Virus genome (UHGV): UHGV-1705587
Length of the DNA stretch: 20,116 nucleotides
Origin: a virus
Direction: 5' to 3' (one strand)
The stretch's first letter is position 1; each line of letters opens with the position of its first letter. Made by a program: the position numbers and the translations under genes. The notes beneath the pieces are model-generated. The model saw only the letters and a list, made by a program, of their open reading frames with translations. It was not told where the DNA came from and did not search any database. This document shows, in pieces, positions 17,362 to 20,116 of the stretch.

Positions 17362-17714
17362 TGCGATACCGACGAGAAGATGCTGACGGCGATTACACTT
17401 TCGGGCAGGGTGACGACACCTTCCTTATCGACAGCCCGGAGTGTGTCGCCCAGGCCGTAAAAACCCGTTTCGAGCTGTGGCGCGGTCAGTGGTTTCTCGA
17501 TCTGACGGAAGGCACGCCGTATGTTCAGTCGGTGCTTGGTAAACAGCGATCTGACGTCTACATCCTGGCTATACGTGAACGCATACAGGACACACCGGGC
17601 GTTCTGTCGATTCTTTCCTTCGATACCAATTATGACGGCACCAGCCGTCGCGTCACCTTCACTTCCTCCATTGACACAATCTACGGCCAGACGACTGTAA
17701 CAAGCGAGGCATAA
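17361..17714 (+). CDS. Baseplate wedge protein (P2 gpW / T4 gp25 / Mu gp46-like)
   Basis: 117-aa ORF; start overlaps the upstream stop (TGATG). Size and position between spike and J-like genes match the gpW/gp25 family. Confidence 0.55.
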   Translation: MRYRREDADGDYTFGQGDDTFLIDSPECVAQAVKTRFELWRGQWFLDLTEGTPYVQSVLGKQRSDVYILAIRERIQDTPGVLSILSFDTNYDGTSRRVTFTSSIDTIYGQTTVTSEA

Positions 17715-18914
17715 ATGGCTTTGAACCTCGACACGCTGGGGCTATCGGCAACGGTAACCGCCCAGGGGATTAGTGCGCCTGATTACCAGACAATCCTAGA
17801 TACACTGACCAGCTATTTCAGGCAGATTTACGGTAGTGATGCCTACCTCGAACCAGACAGCAAAGACGGGCAGATGGTCGCGCTGGTGGCTCTTGCCGTG
17901 CATGACGCTAACAACACCGCTATCGAGATTTACAACTCGTTTTCACCGACGACAGCGCAGGCCGCAGCGCTTAGCAGCAATGTGAAAATTAACGGGATCA
18001 CGCGAAAAGTAGCGACAAACTCTACTGCTGACCTTCTGTTAACCGGTACGGCAGGCACGACTATCACGAATGGCTCCGCACGGGATAAAAACGGCATTAT
18101 CTGGAATTTTCCCGCAAGTGTAGCGATCGGCGTTGATGGTACTGTGCTGGTGACGGCCACATGTGCGAATAGCGGTTCGGTTGCTGCGATGGCCGGGACT
18201 ATCACCACCATTAATACACCGACTCGCGGCTGGGTGTCGGTAACCAACCCGGCTGCGGCTACTGTCGGATCACCAGCTGAAACCGACGCAGAGCTGCGCA
18301 TTCGGCAGGGGCAAAGCGTCGCGCTACCATCGATCACACCGTTTGAAGGTGTCGACGGTGCAATAGCTAACGTTGCTGGCGTGACACGTCACAAGTTGTA
18401 TGAGAACGACACAGGAACAACAGACAGCAACGGGCTGCCGCCGCACTCAATTTCCGCCATCGTCGATGGTGGGGATGTTACCGAAATAGCCCAGACCATC
18501 AGGGGGAATAAAGGACAGGGAACGGCAACCTACGGGACAACTTCTGTCACGGTGCCGGATACTTATGGTAATCCTCACGTCATCAGTTTTTCGCGCTCTA
18601 CCGACGTACCGATTTTCGTAGCCATTACCCTGAAAGTTTTTACCGGGTATACCTCTCAAATCGGCGAGCAGATTAAACAGGCTGTTGCCGATTATATAAA
18701 TGGCCTAACAATTGGCGACGACGTTCTGCTGAGCCGTATTTATTCCCCGGCAAACCTCGGCGTTGTGAGCGGCGGGAATGCCCGCTATTACGATATTACC
18801 GACCTGCTGATCGGTAAGTCGTCTGGCAGCGTATCGGCATCAAACATTGATATTGCCTATGATGCTTCTGCGTCCTGTAGCACCGCGAATATCAGTATCA
18901 CGGTGACCTCATGA
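17715..18914 (+). CDS. Baseplate J-like protein (P2 gpJ / Mu gp47 family)
   Basis: 399-aa ORF with GAGG RBS. Contains ETDAELRIRQ, resembling the conserved acidic-Arg motif of Baseplate_J proteins. Follows the W-like gene as in P2. Confidence 0.65.
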   Translation: MALNLDTLGLSATVTAQGISAPDYQTILDTLTSYFRQIYGSDAYLEPDSKDGQMVALVALAVHDANNTAIEIYNSFSPTTAQAAALSSNVKINGITRKVATNSTADLLLTGTAGTTITNGSARDKNGIIWNFPASVAIGVDGTVLVTATCANSGSVAAMAGTITTINTPTRGWVSVTNPAAATVGSPAETDAELRIRQGQSVALPSITPFEGVDGAIANVAGVTRHKLYENDTGTTDSNGLPPHSISAIVDGGDVTEIAQTIRGNKGQGTATYGTTSVTVPDTYGNPHVISFSRSTDVPIFVAITLKVFTGYTSQIGEQIKQAVADYINGLTIGDDVLLSRIYSPANLGVVSGGNARYYDITDLLIGKSSGSVSASNIDIAYDASASCSTANISITVTS

Positions 18915-19591
18915 GCAAATACACCGAACTGATCACTAACTACCACGCTACCAAGCCACTCTTTTTTGACCATATAGATCTGAGCACCCGCCCGCTGATT
19001 GATGTGTCCAGCACTATGTCAGGGCTTATAACAGCCTTCGATATTGATACTGCTGTCGGTGTACAGCTCGACATCCTCGGTCTGTGGATCGGACGCAGTC
19101 GCATAGTCAGCCAGCCAATTAGCGGAGTTTATTTCAGCTGGGACACTGACGGGCTTGGGTATGACCAGGGCATCTGGCAAGGGCCATATGATCCTGATTC
19201 TGGCTATACGACGCTAAGCGATGAGACGTACCGCATCATTCTGAAAGCGAAAATCGCTATCAACAACTGGGACGGTCGGAACGACTCTCTGCCTCCCATC
19301 CTTGACGCTGCGACTGAAGGCTCAGGCCTGAGGATGCAAATTGTCGACAACCAGGACATGACGATATCGGTTTGGGTATTCCCCGAGACTGATATTTCTG
19401 ATGTGTCTCTTGAACTGATTGCCGCTATCAAACAGGGCTATCTCACCGTTAAAGCAGCTGGCGTATGGGCCGGTGATGTTGAAACGCCTTCGGTAGAAGC
19501 ACCATCCGAGGGCTCTAAATTCTTTGGGTTTGATATGGATAACGAATACATCGGCGGGTTCGATGTTGGAGCATGGGGGACAATACTCTAA
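18911..19591 (+). CDS. Baseplate / tail fiber attachment protein (P2 gpI / Mu gp48-like)
   Basis: 226-aa ORF overlapping the J-like stop (ATGA) and ending in TAATG coupled to the tail fiber start. Position matches gpI. Confidence 0.5.
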   Translation: MSKYTELITNYHATKPLFFDHIDLSTRPLIDVSSTMSGLITAFDIDTAVGVQLDILGLWIGRSRIVSQPISGVYFSWDTDGLGYDQGIWQGPYDPDSGYTTLSDETYRIILKAKIAINNWDGRNDSLPPILDAATEGSGLRMQIVDNQDMTISVWVFPETDISDVSLELIAAIKQGYLTVKAAGVWAGDVETPSVEAPSEGSKFFGFDMDNEYIGGFDVGAWGTIL

Positions 19592-20116
19592 TGGCAATAA
19601 ACAACTTTAAACCTTTCGCGCTTGATCCGAACGCTAACGTCACCTCACAAGCTGACTGGGAAGCACTTCCGGCTCTGCTTTCAGGGTTTACGGCAGGTAA
19701 AGCATCCAGCGCACAGGTCAACAAAGCTATTCGGCAAGCCAGCTTTATCGCGGCAGCGTTGGCGCAGTACACCGCCAACAAAAGCAGGCTGGATGTGCTT
19801 GATGATGGAGACCTGAACGGGTTTATATCCAAAATGGGGACCGCTTTCGGGAAAGATTTCCAGGCGCTTGATGCCACGCTGTCGGCATTAGCTGGGCTCG
19901 CAACAGGTGCAAATAAACTCCCATATTTCACTGGAAATGATACAGCTGCGCAGACTGATTTAACTTCTGTTGGACGTGACATTATCGGTAAAAATACTAT
20001 TGCAGACATTCTCACATACCTTGGATTAACCAACGCGATAATTGGTGATACCTGTAAAGAAGCAGGGTTCTACTCAGGAAGTGCCCTTGCCCCTTATCTT
20101 ATGCATGAGGACACTC
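19591..20116 (+). CDS. Tail fiber protein, N-terminal part (partial, continues beyond the window)
   Basis: Not in the ORF track because no stop falls inside the window; the frame from ATG 19591 is open to 20116 (about 175 codons). Contains ATLSALAGLATGANKLPYFTGNDTAAQTDLTSVGRDIIGKNTIADILTYLGL, matching the widely conserved tail fiber motif (TALAGL...PYF..ND...LT.VGRDIL...YLG) of P2 gpH and lambda Stf as I recall them. Confidence 0.75.
   Translation, partial: MAINNFKPFALDPNANVTSQADWEALPALLSGFTAGKASSAQVNKAIRQASFIAAALAQYTANKSRLDVLDDGDLNGFISKMGTAFGKDFQALDATLSALAGLATGANKLPYFTGNDTAAQTDLTSVGRDIIGKNTIADILTYLGLTNAIIGDTCKEAGFYSGSALAPYLMHEDT

Noticed and set aside
19515-20033. 172-aa minus-strand ORF near the window end (and 19622-19816 + ORF)
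   Set aside because: Antisense to or out of frame with the tail fiber gene, whose + frame carries a recognisable conserved tail fiber motif.
1-20116. Search for CRISPR arrays, tRNA/rRNA genes, integrase, transposase or IS elements
   Set aside because: No regularly spaced direct repeats with unique spacers, no tRNA-like cloverleaf candidates and no recombinase-like ORFs were seen by eye. The window appears to be purely the structural-gene region; attachment site and integrase, if present, lie outside.

Overview
This window is one long, same-strand late (structural) operon of a tailed phage or prophage with a contractile tail, in an enterobacterial-type host background (flanking genes about 55-60% GC by hand count). 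All supported genes are on the + strand and tightly packed, many with overlapping stop/start codons (ATGA, TAATG, TGATG). Order: terminase small subunit, terminase large subunit, portal, Mu F-like head morphogenesis protein, scaffold-like protein, small head protein, major capsid, repeat-containing coiled-coil protein, four small neck/completion proteins, tail sheath, tail tube, tail assembly chaperone with a predicted -1 frameshift extension, tape measure protein with a C-terminal lytic transglycosylase domain, two small tail proteins, baseplate hub, then a low-GC two-gene insertion closed by an intrinsic terminator, then spike (V-like), W-like, J-like and I-like baseplate proteins and the 5' part of a tail fiber gene that runs off the window. 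The tail half follows P2-like gene order; the head half does not, so the element looks mosaic. The strongest candidate for something undescribed is the two-gene cargo cassette at 15855-16447 (a Sec-secreted small protein plus a small AT-rich cytoplasmic protein) inserted between the hub and spike genes; its function cannot be determined from sequence alone. No tRNA, rRNA, CRISPR array, integrase or transposase was found. All family assignments are from reading the translated ORFs and gene order, not from database searches.
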